From: Catajapyx aquilonaris
Taxonomy: Eukaryota
Reading direction: 5' to 3'
DNA length: 40,336 nt
Assembly: GCA_000934665.2 (NCBI GenBank)
Contig: JYFJ02003559.1
Location: 1 to 40,336 of the forward strand
Part shown: positions 10,999-22,624 of the stretch, one piece after another
Numbering within the stretch: position 1 is the stretch's first letter
How the letters are laid out: each line of letters opens with the position of its first letter
Notes under the pieces: model-generated
Told to the model about the DNA's origin: nothing
The model's input: only the letters and a program-made list of their open reading frames with translations
Databases searched by the model: none
Translations under genes and position numbers: made by a program

Positions 10999-13900
10999 CC
11001 GGGTGCTTCTGTTTGGCTCAATTGGTGTGGTGGTGACTATTTGGTGATCGATCCCTGGATTGTTTGTTTGTGAAACACGTGGTGCAGCAACGGACCTGAG
11101 GCCGTGGCCCTGGCAGTGACCTGGGAATGGTCGTGAGCGAGGACAACCTTGTCCCATTTTTTATTCAAGTTTATTTGCTGCTGTGGATTTTGTGAGCTGT
11201 TGAAGGTGCAGGTTGGAGAGAATTATGTTCGCTGATGCAGTTTTATATCCTTGTTTCATGAGGGTTCTATGGCCTAGATAATGCAAGTTGTTACTATTGA
11301 ATTTGACATGAATTGCATTGTAAGTTTGTTGCAGTCTTACACATTTGTTATAAAATGGGGTAGATATTTCCGGGTTTAAAATAGTCTAATTAACTCCAGG
11401 GAAAAATATTTTCTATGGTCATTAATGATTCAGCAATTTTTTATTTAATTATATGTACCGGTAATTTTTAATGATACAGTAGATAATTTTAATTGCTGAT
11501 GGGGTAAATTACGAAATTATTCAGTGTAAGCCTATTCAAATGAATATCTTGTTCAATTCCGGTTCATTTCCCATATTGCATCATTTTGCACTTTGGCTTT
11601 CTCAAGACTCAAGAATGGCCAGGATTTTCTCTAACTCGGGTGATAGGGTCATAAAACTGCTTCATGTGTCAAATAGGTTTCCGAGACAATTAGCAAGGTT
11701 TACTGACACTCTTCCTGGCGGTACTAATTTTTTTTATGCATCGCTTCAAATATCGTGGCACGGTATATTTTTAAAAGACATCTCCTACAATAGCCCAAGC
11801 GACAACCGTACAGTTTATTCTTCTAAGAACAGTTGTTTGTTTCCTCGCGTATTCTAATAACGGCTAAGAAGCTGCCAAGCTCTTTGATGATGACAAAACG
11901 TGCAAAGTGGAAGTGTTCCTGGAGCGTGTCGGTTGACATACTATTCAGACTCCTGTTTTATGTCTTTTCCTCTCTTTTTTTTGTGCCCCCTCCCGCCCTG
12001 GTAGAGTTAGGATTTCGTTCCAGTAGAGTCAGGGATTGTCTCATCTAAGGGTCCGACCTACTGAACTCAGGTGTGTCCGCAGATTGGCATTTTTCTTGGC
12101 ATAGTCTCACTGCGCCTTTCTATGCAAAAACCTTCTGTCCGTTAGATGACCTTGTGTCGGTATAGAACGAATAGTGATGACAAGGTGTCCCACTGGATTA
12201 TCCATCATCGGACGGAATGATAGACGGATCAAGACGAATTCGATTCCGTCGATTAGGGTTGGAATCAAGCGTAAATTTCGCCGTTATTCAATAACTCGGC
12301 TAGGGTTGAATTATTACGGACATAATGAGGAGTGGTCTGTCCAGTGTAACTAGCTCTAATGGACCGAGTGTCCTCCTTTATGCTGACTTACTTTACATCC
12401 ATGCGTTGCAGACCACTACAGAGTGGCTTCGTATTTATAACGTTTCCTTGCTCTCCTGTTTCCACGGCAGGTGATAATCTGATTTCGAGAATAAGTGTGT
12501 CGTACGCAACGGTGTCACGTTAGGGTAATGAAGGGGTGAGAACCCACTTGCGGGGTAGATTTCAGAGAGAGATGGGACTCTAACTGTGCGTGTTGTTGAC
12601 GAATGTCCTGTCCATATTCTAACCTAATTGAAACCGGAGAAACCGATGCGTGGAACGAAAAATATGATGGCATTATTTCCACACAAAGTGTGGGAAAGTT
12701 GTTCTAAAAAAATACTAGGGGTTTTACGCGGTACAAATGGCGATTCATTTTCACGCTTCTGGCATTTGTTGACACTGTTTGTGGGTCATGAAAGCTTTCC
12801 CAAATATAAACAGCACTGTTGTGTTCGCCAATTTTACTTATAGTGCAATGGATATCTTGGTGTGACATTTGTGCACATACTGTCAGTCAATGACTGGAAT
12901 ATTATATTACCAATAATGGTTTGATTATTGACAAGCAGAAGAGGAACAATGAATTTCCGGATTTCTTTAACACTTGTCACGTACAAATTCATGCAAGGCC
13001 CAAGGGTCACGTCCCATGCATCAGCTGCAATTCCCCGCCCCCATACGTTAAACCAAGCCAAAATAAGAATCATAAAAGAAAAAGTGGGCCAACTGCACCA
13101 TCCCCCAGCTGGCGAGCAAGTATAGCGGTTCCAAGTCAAGGCTCTGCTGCCTGCTGCTTTGCTTCTCTTCACGGCCAAGGACTGCCACACACACTTGTCC
13201 ACTTGAGACATTTTCAATCCTGAAATGTCGATTGCTTTTCTATTCGTTCGTTGAAGTCTCAGTCATATTGTGGCGCCTTTGGCGTATGTTGTACTGTATA
13301 TATCCGGTATGTTCACTGCAGGCAAAGTACAGTAGTTATTCTGACAGGTTTCACGCTTTTATGGCCAGGGGCGAATTATAAGCCATTTTGTTGTTATTCA
13401 TGTTTATTATCCTGGGGTGAAATTTGTATATTCCCTCCAGAATTGCAGTTTGTGTATACACAGCCAATCTTGGTGCGTGCATATTCTTCACACATGCGAG
13501 GATCATTAGTCAAGTGCATGTGATGGTGGAGCGAAAATTGTAGTCACGATGGTGATACCCGCTATTTAAGGCTGGTTTGGACGTGTAATAATAAGGCATT
13601 ATTTTTAGACGGAGGAGGAACGAAAACGGGATCTGAAAGTCAGGTCTAGCTCAGTCAGGTGTTATGTTAAACTTAATTTTTTGGTCAGGGTCTCACCAGG
13701 ATTGCAATGTTTGAAACGAGAGTAAGAATACTTTAGGTTTGAAATTCGTGATGCTCAGCGGTTATGTTGTAGACCTACATGTATACTGTACAGTACCGTC
13801 AGGACATTAGTGGCACTATACTGCTGTACAGTCCCCACATGTCATTGTGCCGAATGTGCTGCAGGTAGTGGATATATTGTACAAAATAATGATAAGCCGG

Positions 13901-16900
13901 TAGTAATATTTGGCAGCGATACTACGTTGTGTTAACATTTTCCCGTAGAGTTACTGCGTCATTGTACTTCAATACAATATAGCTTCCACCTGCTTGTCAC
14001 ACTACATTAGTAAATAAAAAATTAATACTAAGCCACCATGAGGTCACATAGTAATCAAACAGTTGCTTAGCTCTCTGCATATTTTTTTTTGGTTGCTCGC
14101 TTGTTAATTTCAGTGCCAGTTTTTACGCCCCTGGCACACATTTTGAAATGACCAGTCCTTTATGTGTCAAGTAAAGGAGGTGGAAGAAGGATGCGAAACA
14201 GTGGCACAACGTGATTTGCCACTGGAATCGAGATGATGCAGACGTACTCTAAAATTCCTCAGCACGCTCGTAACTCAATGCCGCAACCATATTATCCTCC
14301 ACTTCCGACAGAGGTGTCATTGTGCTTCCGGAATAATCTTATGCAAGATTTCGAGGTTGAGAAGATAGTGAATGAGGCTACAACCCTCTCTAGTAGGGCA
14401 GGTTGTGAGAAAATAAGATGCCCATGACCCTCCCCCTCCAGGCAAATATTCACATGCCTAAGGGGCTCCCTCCAGGATGGGATTGAAGTCTAACTGGCTA
14501 GACCACAAAAGAGACACCCAAGAAAAGACGTTTGACAATGACAATGTCAACCTGTTTGCGGGTGGGCAGAGTCGACCCTGTTTTTTTTCTACCCTCCCAC
14601 TTGCCAATCGGATTAAAATCGTGGGGGAGTTGATAAAGCCACAAAAAAGTGGGTTCCCGGTGCTGTACTACTTCCAACAAGTGCAATTTGACCGTTAATG
14701 ACAATTTGCTTAGGGAGTGAACAAGAATAATTGTGTGGGAATCCGAATCAGGTGTGTCCGGTGGGGTGGGTTTAGTCATACAGGTTCCCTAAGTCCTAGA
14801 GTAGGTCAAGACGCCCACTCCCATCATGCATTACCTAGGAAAAGTAGCTCCCTCACGAACCAGAGCGCGGACTAATGTAGTCCACACCAGCAGATGAAGA
14901 GCCGTCACTCTGATTACACTATATATATTTTTTTCTTACCTTTTCTTCTTCCTTGGATTACGTCTGCCATTGTGATGAATAATGGCCCACAAGTCGAGAG
15001 GCTAATTGGAATGGCGAGGGGGAATTCTGGGTTAAAGCAGCCGGAAGATCGTTTCGCTTGGTTTGGTCCAACTAACACGATGCCGGGGATGGAACAAATA
15101 AAAGGAGGGGCAATCACAATGGCAAGTCATTGATTCCTCATTAGGTTTTCAGAAGCAATTCGGTTGTAAAAGTTTTCAACCTGAAGAATGAGAACTAGTT
15201 TGCAGGAATTGTTGCACTTTCGCTCCAGCCTATTAGCGAATGGAAGTGTTTGACTCTCATAACGCACCACTGCCATTGTGCTTTGCTCTTATGTCAGCTG
15301 TTGGATAATAGTCAGGGTGTAGACAGACTGCAAATGAACCGTCCATGTCTTTGAGTTTCGAGAGACGCTTTAAATAGACTTCAGGTTGCAAGTCAGGAAT
15401 TGTGATTACTATGCATAACACGAGTTAAACGGTACTGGCTTTTGGTGCTGAAGTGTTTATGATGTGTGTCTGAAAGGCCTTGATGACGTACAGGGGCAAA
15501 AGGATTTTGTTTGCTGTGATTTATACTGCACTTCACCGCATAAATAGAGGTTCGCAAAAGAAAATATGTTGCTCGGACTGTACAGGATAAGGATAAACGT
15601 GTAGAATACCGGTGGACTCTACTGAATTCTGAAAATGCGAACGTTTTTTATTTTCATACAACAAGAATAGTTTGATGCTAATTATTCGGTCAATCGTAGA
15701 CTATCCTGGCTCTATAGAACCATCAGCACTCGAGTGTTTTCTTTCTGATATATTTTTTTCGTGGGTAGAGTGCTGATGGTTGCATAAAGCGCCAGGATAC
15801 TTTTGGTAGAGTTTGGCCTGCAGTCCATAAGGAATGTAGCAATGAAAAAACATTAAGCAACGATAGTACTGTACCACAGATAGACTGTACACTGTGGGCT
15901 GCTTGACTATTAAATTGTTTCAAACACAAAAAAAAACTATACGGAAATTTTTTGACAAAGTCTGGGATAACCCATCCTAAATACAAAAAAAAAATCAATA
16001 TTAAAATTCACTTCAACGGAACCAATACGTTTTCAGTAATTAACAAGGTTAATTCGCATTTATAATATTTTCTCCGCCTGGTAATATACATACTGTCACA
16101 CCAGTACTTAAGTTACTTCACACTTTATATACGAGTTCCAGATACAAAAATCCGACCTTAATTTTCTGGCTCACGACTCCTGCTAAATTGGATCCTCCCC
16201 GCGGCGCCATTTGCACCTGTTAAGTGAAAAATCTCTTCGGGCAATTGAGGAGCCGATGGAGCATGACTCAATCCATCTGTATGGTTGTCGAGCAAGAGTC
16301 ACGTTCGAGCCCGAATCATCCGGGAGCCCGTTCCAGAAGACGCCTTACGTGCTAAACCACTACCTGAAGATAAGATATTATACGCTGCCCAGCAAGTTGC
16401 TGCAGCGAGGTTCCGTGTCTCATTCATTCTTCCAGACCACATCAGCACCGCACCCTCCAAAAAATGCATTTCTTTCGCATTTTTTTTTTGCATTCCACGC
16501 AAAGATCCACGATGCCGTGAAATTGGGAAGGACTTTGGATGCGATGACCATGGCCATGCAGCCGGTTTTCTGCAGCTTTTTTTTCTGTAATGTCCCGCAG
16601 GTCTAATTATCTCACCTTGTTTTCACTGTCGCCTCGTCACTCTTGGAACTTAACGTTTTATTGCTTTACGACGGGAAGCGAATAGTAAACAAAATAGATG
16701 GTTAAATTGTCGGCTCATATATTTTGAACGGAGGGTTCTATAGGTAACAAAGTGCGCTAACTGTTTTGGCGGATTCGTGTCATTGATTGAAGGCAGAGAT
16801 TTTCAGGCGTGCTTGAGGATCACTGATACGTGGAGAACTATTGTATGCATATTTTGCTAATGGCACTTGGGGATGGGCAACGCTGACCAAGTCTATCGCC

Positions 16901-17404
16901 CCGTAAGTTGTTCCATATGTACCGGAATTAATTTGAGTACTTATTAATCTAAGTGCCGGTGCTGTATAGCCATTTAAAAAAAATTGAATGAAAAATCAGA
17001 CGAAATCCGCAAGGAGTGTCACCTGACATTCAGTGACCGCGATTTTTAAAAGCGCGAAATAGTAGCCTACACCTCCCCTTTTTTCGCCTGCCCTGGATAA
17101 TCAACGACAATGCCGAGATCAAGGGTTGGACAGGCTTCTGGAAAGAAACGCAGTCTTCAGATAGGATTGTGCACAGGGGGAGGGTAGGGGTGTGGAGGGA
17201 GGGAGGAGGGGGGCAAAAATGAGGGGAGAAGCATGTATGTGAGGAATCCCTCCGACCCACTTTTTCGAGAGGAGGAACTGAAACGTGGCAGCAACCTCCT
17301 CTTCTTGTGCCCTTCCTGACACACAACCCGGATAACGGGAATTATCCACGGTGACGTCATTGATCCTCCTGGATGCCCGTCCCAACAGCTGCTGAGCGCA
17401 CCTC

Positions 17405-17524
17405 CGCCAGTTGTCTCCGGTGCGCGGGACATCTCACACCAACAACTACTGTCTAGTTTACCGGAGGACACTCGAGAGGACACTCGGAGTTACTGCCCTC
17501 CGACTTATGCGTGGGTGTGTGAGT
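17405..17524 (+). promoter_or_regulatory. Candidate proximal non-coding first exon of the ZP gene
   Basis: Inr-like CCAGTT near 17407 after a purine/GC-rich stretch with a TGACGTCA site; donor GTGAGT at 17519-17524; acceptor TTGTTGCAG at 18376-18384 downstream. Confidence 0.4.
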
Positions 17525-18414
17525 GATTTAGTGACACTGTGGGGGTGTGATTGATCCAGATTATAGGTCATATCTGAAGTGAATGTGACAGGTCAGTGCG
17601 TATCGGTTTTGATAGACTTGTGAGCAGCTTTGATAGCTATTTTTCTTCGATTAATTAATGGTGTGACTTTTAAGATAAGTTATTGACATTGCCGGTACAC
17701 GCAAACTATTAATTTTCTTACCATTAATTTATTTAACCCATAGCACCTGTTGTGTTTTCGATATGCTGACTTTCTAGTATCGGACCTACACTCCGCGAGA
17801 GATACGAACGCTACAAAGTGTTAAGGTCTGATGGTGGTGACTGACAGTGAATGGAGCATAATGTCCCACAGTATTAATTTGGCGGGAAAACGAAATTGCA
17901 CCTGGAGCGTGTTCGAGTTCCCATCAGGTGAGAAATGTGCCATCATTCTTACCAGCCCCCAGAGGAACCAGGACGTAATAGTTTCTGCGGAGGATCTGGT
18001 TGTTTTATTTTACAATCACAAGGTCACTGATGTTACCGAAGATCTTTGCTCTTATAACAAGTTTCGCCTGTAAGAATCGAATTCATTATTTTTAATTACC
18101 TAACTATCCTCGAGTATTGACATAACACTGTTAAACAATGTAATCCGGTAAAATGCTGGGGGCGAAAAAGAAGGTCGTCGAAATTGGTGTCTATTGACAC
18201 CTATATAGAGTAGAAGATTCGCTGGACTGACCGGTAGTCGAGTCGGCCTGCCAGGTTTTCAGTACTAACGGGACACTTCACCATCAGGTTGTGGATTTTG
18301 TGCCAGTGTTGGGTGGACGCCGGATTATTGTTACAAATTGTTGTTTTTTCTATCAATCTCCTAATTCGACCCATATTGTTGCAGGGTGGAGCTTGACAGC
18401 GTCCGGACGCCAGG

Positions 18415-21071
18415 ATGAAGACGCATCTGGCGGCTGCCACAGCCGTCCTTTTAACCCTCTTCATACAGGCAAGTCCCCTCTTTTGTCCCATGTCTTTGAG
18501 AAACAATGGGGTTGGCTTTTTTCCATGAAAAGAAAGAAAAGAAGGGCGTGAAATATGATAAAGCATTGTCCGAACTAACTGTAAAAGTTGGTCACCTCAT
18601 GAAGGAATGCGAGCGAGAGCCGAACCTTATGCAAGTCAGCGATGTCTGTCGGAGCTCCTATGCTTCTGGTTGCTGGGAGCGTTCACACGGTGGGCTCCAC
18701 CCCGAATGATGATCATGATTATTCTGGTGACCTACTTCCGCTGCCCCTGGGCGTGTTAAAAGTGCGTACTCACCATCCCCAATCCCCCGTCTCTCCCCTT
18801 ACATGGGCGGCTAATTTCGAGCTCCTTGCCCATCCTCCTCCAGGGCAGGGTAGGTTCCTGTTCTACATTCCGCTTTGTTCCGCCACCGAACGATGGACAT
18901 CCTTACAGAGAAAGAGAGAGGGAGAAAAAATGGCTCATCCACGCCCTTCTTTTTTGACTTCTTTTCATCTGGGATCTGAATTATTATTGCCACCAATCTT
19001 AAGTTTCTTCCTGTATGTATCTCAACTTTCACCAGCAATTGGCGCCTTTTCTAGAAGCAATTAAGGCGCACTGATGACAATGTGCTGAGTCATGACATCC
19101 GCAATTGTCCTTACAGAGGGTTCGAAATGAAGAAGTACCTCCGAGTGGATCGGGTTCATCGAATAACCTGAAGCCAGAGCACAGAGCTGGAGGATTTCCT
19201 TTGCCTCACTATGGTCCTCCACTGCCTATACCTTCTGGCCCGTCGTCGACGGGGTACGGGCCGCCATCGGGAGGAGATGACCTTTGGCCTCTGGGAACTC
19301 CCGACATGCCGCAGATCAAGCATCTGCAGGTTCAGTGCGAGAAAACTCACATGAGGGTCAACATAGAGTTCGATCGTCCGTTCTACGGAATGATCTTTTC
19401 GAAAGGTCATTACAGGTCAGTAGTACCGATGTTGGAGGATTTGCGCTGTTAAATCAGAAGGGTTGTAATTATTTCTCTCTGCAGCGATCCGCACTGTGTG
19501 CATCTACCTCCTGGTACGGGTCACCTCAGTGCCACATTCGACATTTACCTGAACGGTTGCGGGATGACCTCATCGTCCAACCAGCACGGAGCTTACGGAC
19601 AGCCTTCTCCTAGCGGAAGCTTTGTTGAAAATACTATCATCCTGCAATACGATCCTCTTGTCCAGGAAGTGTGGGATCAAGCCAGAAAGCTTAGGTGCAC
19701 GTGGTATGACTTTTATGAAAAGTCTGTCACCTTCAGGCCATTCCAGGTGAGTGTTACCCTACTAATTAGCGAACTCCTCATTTGAAACCCGGCAGCGACT
19801 AATTGCGATTTGTATTAGGTTGATATGCTGAATGCCATCACAGCCAACTTCTTGGGTGACAACCTGCAGTGCTGGATGCAAATTCAGGTGGGCAAGGGCC
19901 CATGGGCATCGGAAGTGTCCGGGATAGTCAAGATCGGTCAGACCATGACCATGGTCCTGGCCATCAAGGACGACGAGAACAAGTTCGATATGCTGGTCCG
20001 CAACTGTGTGGCCCACGACGGAAAGAGAGCTCCGATCCAGCTGGTGGACCAGTACGGGTGTGTCACCAGACCCAAGATCATGTCGAAGTTTCAGAAGATC
20101 AAGAATTTCGGCTCGTCGGCCTCTGTGGTCTCGTACGCCTACTTCCAAGCGTTCAAGTTCCCTGACTCGATGAACGTACACTTCCAGTGCGTGATCCAGG
20201 TGTGCCGGTACCAATGCCCCGAGCCAAAGTGCGGCGGAGGAGGCGGGATCCTTTCAGACGAGTACGGGCCGCCCCAGGGCCACCCGGACCCACGGCACCC
20301 TGCCGGAGCCTACACAGAACCGGTGGCTGAGGGAGTACCGTTGCCCCTCAGCGGGCCCGGTCTGCACAGCGGGCCCGCCCTTAGCGCCAGTGGGGCGCCG
20401 CCTCACCTGCCGCCCCTTCCCCCTCTCAACCAGCCCATCCCTGCTCCTCTCTTGGTCTCCGGAAAACCCGCCTTCATCAAGCTGCCTCAGCAACATGTCC
20501 CCGGAGGTTATCCGGTTAAGCGGGAAGGTGTTGCTCCGGAGGAACCCACCTTCGCAGCTCTCGGGGGACGACCCCGATCCGTCGATGTCGAGGTGTCCGC
20601 CACTACCCTTCGAAGCGCCTCCAAGAATAACCACAGACCAGCGAGGGTAAGTAACCACCACATATAAGTGGACAGTATAACGCCGAAGAGACAACTTACT
20701 AATCATTTCTGCTTCCTCAGAGTGTCAGGGTGTACCGGCGAGAGGCTACGGACATGACGGACATTGAAACCACTCGTGTGATCCAAGTGGTGGCGCCTGG
20801 CGACGTGGCCTTCAGCCTGAATGGTGCCAACGAGACAGTGGTGGTGGAGACCAGCACTAGCTTCGGAGGCGAGGGAGAGAACAGCATCTGCATGACGATA
20901 CCCAGCTTCGTCGGAGGCCTCATCATGCTCTTGCTACTCCTGGTGGTCGCCTGCTTAGTCTCGGCCTTCCTCTTCTTCCGCATCCGGTCCCTGGACCAAA
21001 AGTCTTCCACCACGACGTTCATCCGAGGAGGATACGACAATCCAGAGTTCGTCAAGATGAGCTCCAGCTAG
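18415..21071 (+). CDS. dyl: Dusky-like ZP (zona pellucida)-domain cuticle/apical ECM protein, about 597 aa; exons 18415-18468, 19117-19415, 19485-19746, 19819-20646, 20721-21071
   Basis: Signal peptide MKTHLAAATAVLLTLFIQ; ZP domain PQIKHLQVQCEKTHMRVNIEFDRPFYGMIFSKG...QARKLRCTWYDFYEK...CWMQIQVGKGPWASEVSG...FQAFKFPDSMNVHFQCVIQVCRYQCPEPKC; Pro-rich spacer; basic furin-like site RVYRR; TM helix FVGGLIMLLLLLVVACLVSAFLFF; short tail. All splice phases are consistent (1794 nt). The dusky family is secure; dyl rather than dy is from recall of the family sequences. Confidence 0.93.
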
Positions 21072-22624
21072 GAGAGGCCGACCCTAACTTATTTTTAACT
21101 TATTCCACCACCGTGCATACTTGCCTTGTACGTCGTGATCCAGTCAGTGGATGGACATCCCATGCTCAGTTTTCATGTTGGGACACAACGAACAGCGACA
21201 ACAACAGTGGTGGCCCAAGCCAATCTGTCGCAGCACACAGAGGGCACTTTGAACTGGACAGAAACAGTGACACATTCCTCAGGGGCCGATTCTGGGGGGC
21301 CTCCAGTCCGCACCTTTCGATCATAGTAAGTTCCTGCCCGCGACGAAGCGATGGAGTCATTGTTCTGCAAAAGCATCGCCGTAGTCGCTCGTAGAAACTT
21401 TTGCTCGTAGCCAATTTTTGGGGCACCTTGTGTAAATAATAAGACTATATTAGAGGCAGTGTGCAAGAAGAAGCAAGATGATGCGTACGATAAAATTTCC
21501 AGCGTGGTCATCTCTAGTTTAGCACGTCTTTATTTTCAGATCTATCTGCTATTTTGAGACTGACGCCTCCCAAAATCGATCAATCAGCCAGATACGAAAA
21601 ATAATGTTATGATATTTGAATGACACCATAATGTTGTAAATACATTACTCAACTGGTCTGTATGTTGTGTTTTATAATTAAACAGTGTTCAGGACTGTCT
21701 GTTTTTGCTCAAAATATTTGTCAAAGTGTGCAGGCCTGCTTTTATAAAATGAATCAATCTGTTGTAATGAAATGTAATCTTGTAACGGTAGATCCTGCAC
21801 TTTTTTGTTACCCGTCCCTTCACACTTAGTTAATCCGAGTATCGCAAACCATCAGACTGTAGTAGACCTGGATGGCCCTTGGACCGGAAAGGGGAAGCCA
21901 TCTGAGACTTTGCCTTCTCAGTGCTTCTCTCTGTGTATATGTGTGAGTGTGTGTGATGAGAAGGAGGTAATAGATGTGTTTGGGATCTAAATCTATGAGC
22001 CTTTCACGATGATGGGAATTGGGAAGATTATTGGGATCAGTAGCCACTCCCAAGAGAAGTTGGTTTGCCAAAGGCTTCGGGTGTAGCTTCCAAAGTATAA
22101 GAGGAAATGGCACAATTTGATCTTATAAAACCAGGTCAGGATTTCCTTTCCCCTTTGATCGTCTTCCCAAGCCTTTCACAAGATTAGGTGTCCGCCATCA
22201 TCATGTGTACTGTATAACAATTGCACAAATTCCGTCACTTCTTTTGCATTTAAAAGTCGATAGGTGTCTCTGCTTCAAACTGGCCTGTGTCCAAGTAGGC
22301 CGAGCAAATTTTACGGAACTACCAGGTGCTTGTTACCCAAGATTCTGTGCGCATCGTTATGTAGGTTGTGTGTCCAGCTTTTTATTCAATTACGTGGAGT
22401 TTTTCCCTTAGGTGACCAGAGCCAGGTGACCTGGTTTATGAACAAGAATTGTCCGACGACCCTCTCACATTGACCAACTAAAATCATGGGAAATGCTTTA
22501 TTATAATGCCTATTTTATGTGCATGTAACGATGTAAAATTCCAGAGTGCACACACTAAAGTGTTTTTTTTTGAAAAATAATCCCAATTGTTGTAAAATGT
22601 TGTTTTTTTTGCCAGAGGGGATGT

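Noticed and set aside
14849..14866. Short match ccctcacgaac(c)agagc shared with 32801-32817
   Set aside because: The similarity does not extend into the flanks and is too short to call a repeat family.
18642..19064. 140-aa ORF, or 18642-18689 as the first coding exon of the ZP gene
   Set aside because: Weak signal peptide and weak donor; the 18415-18468 GC-donor exon fits better.
19762..21055. Long minus-strand ORFs (150, 150 and 112 aa)
   Set aside because: Antisense shadows of the GC3-rich ZP exons.
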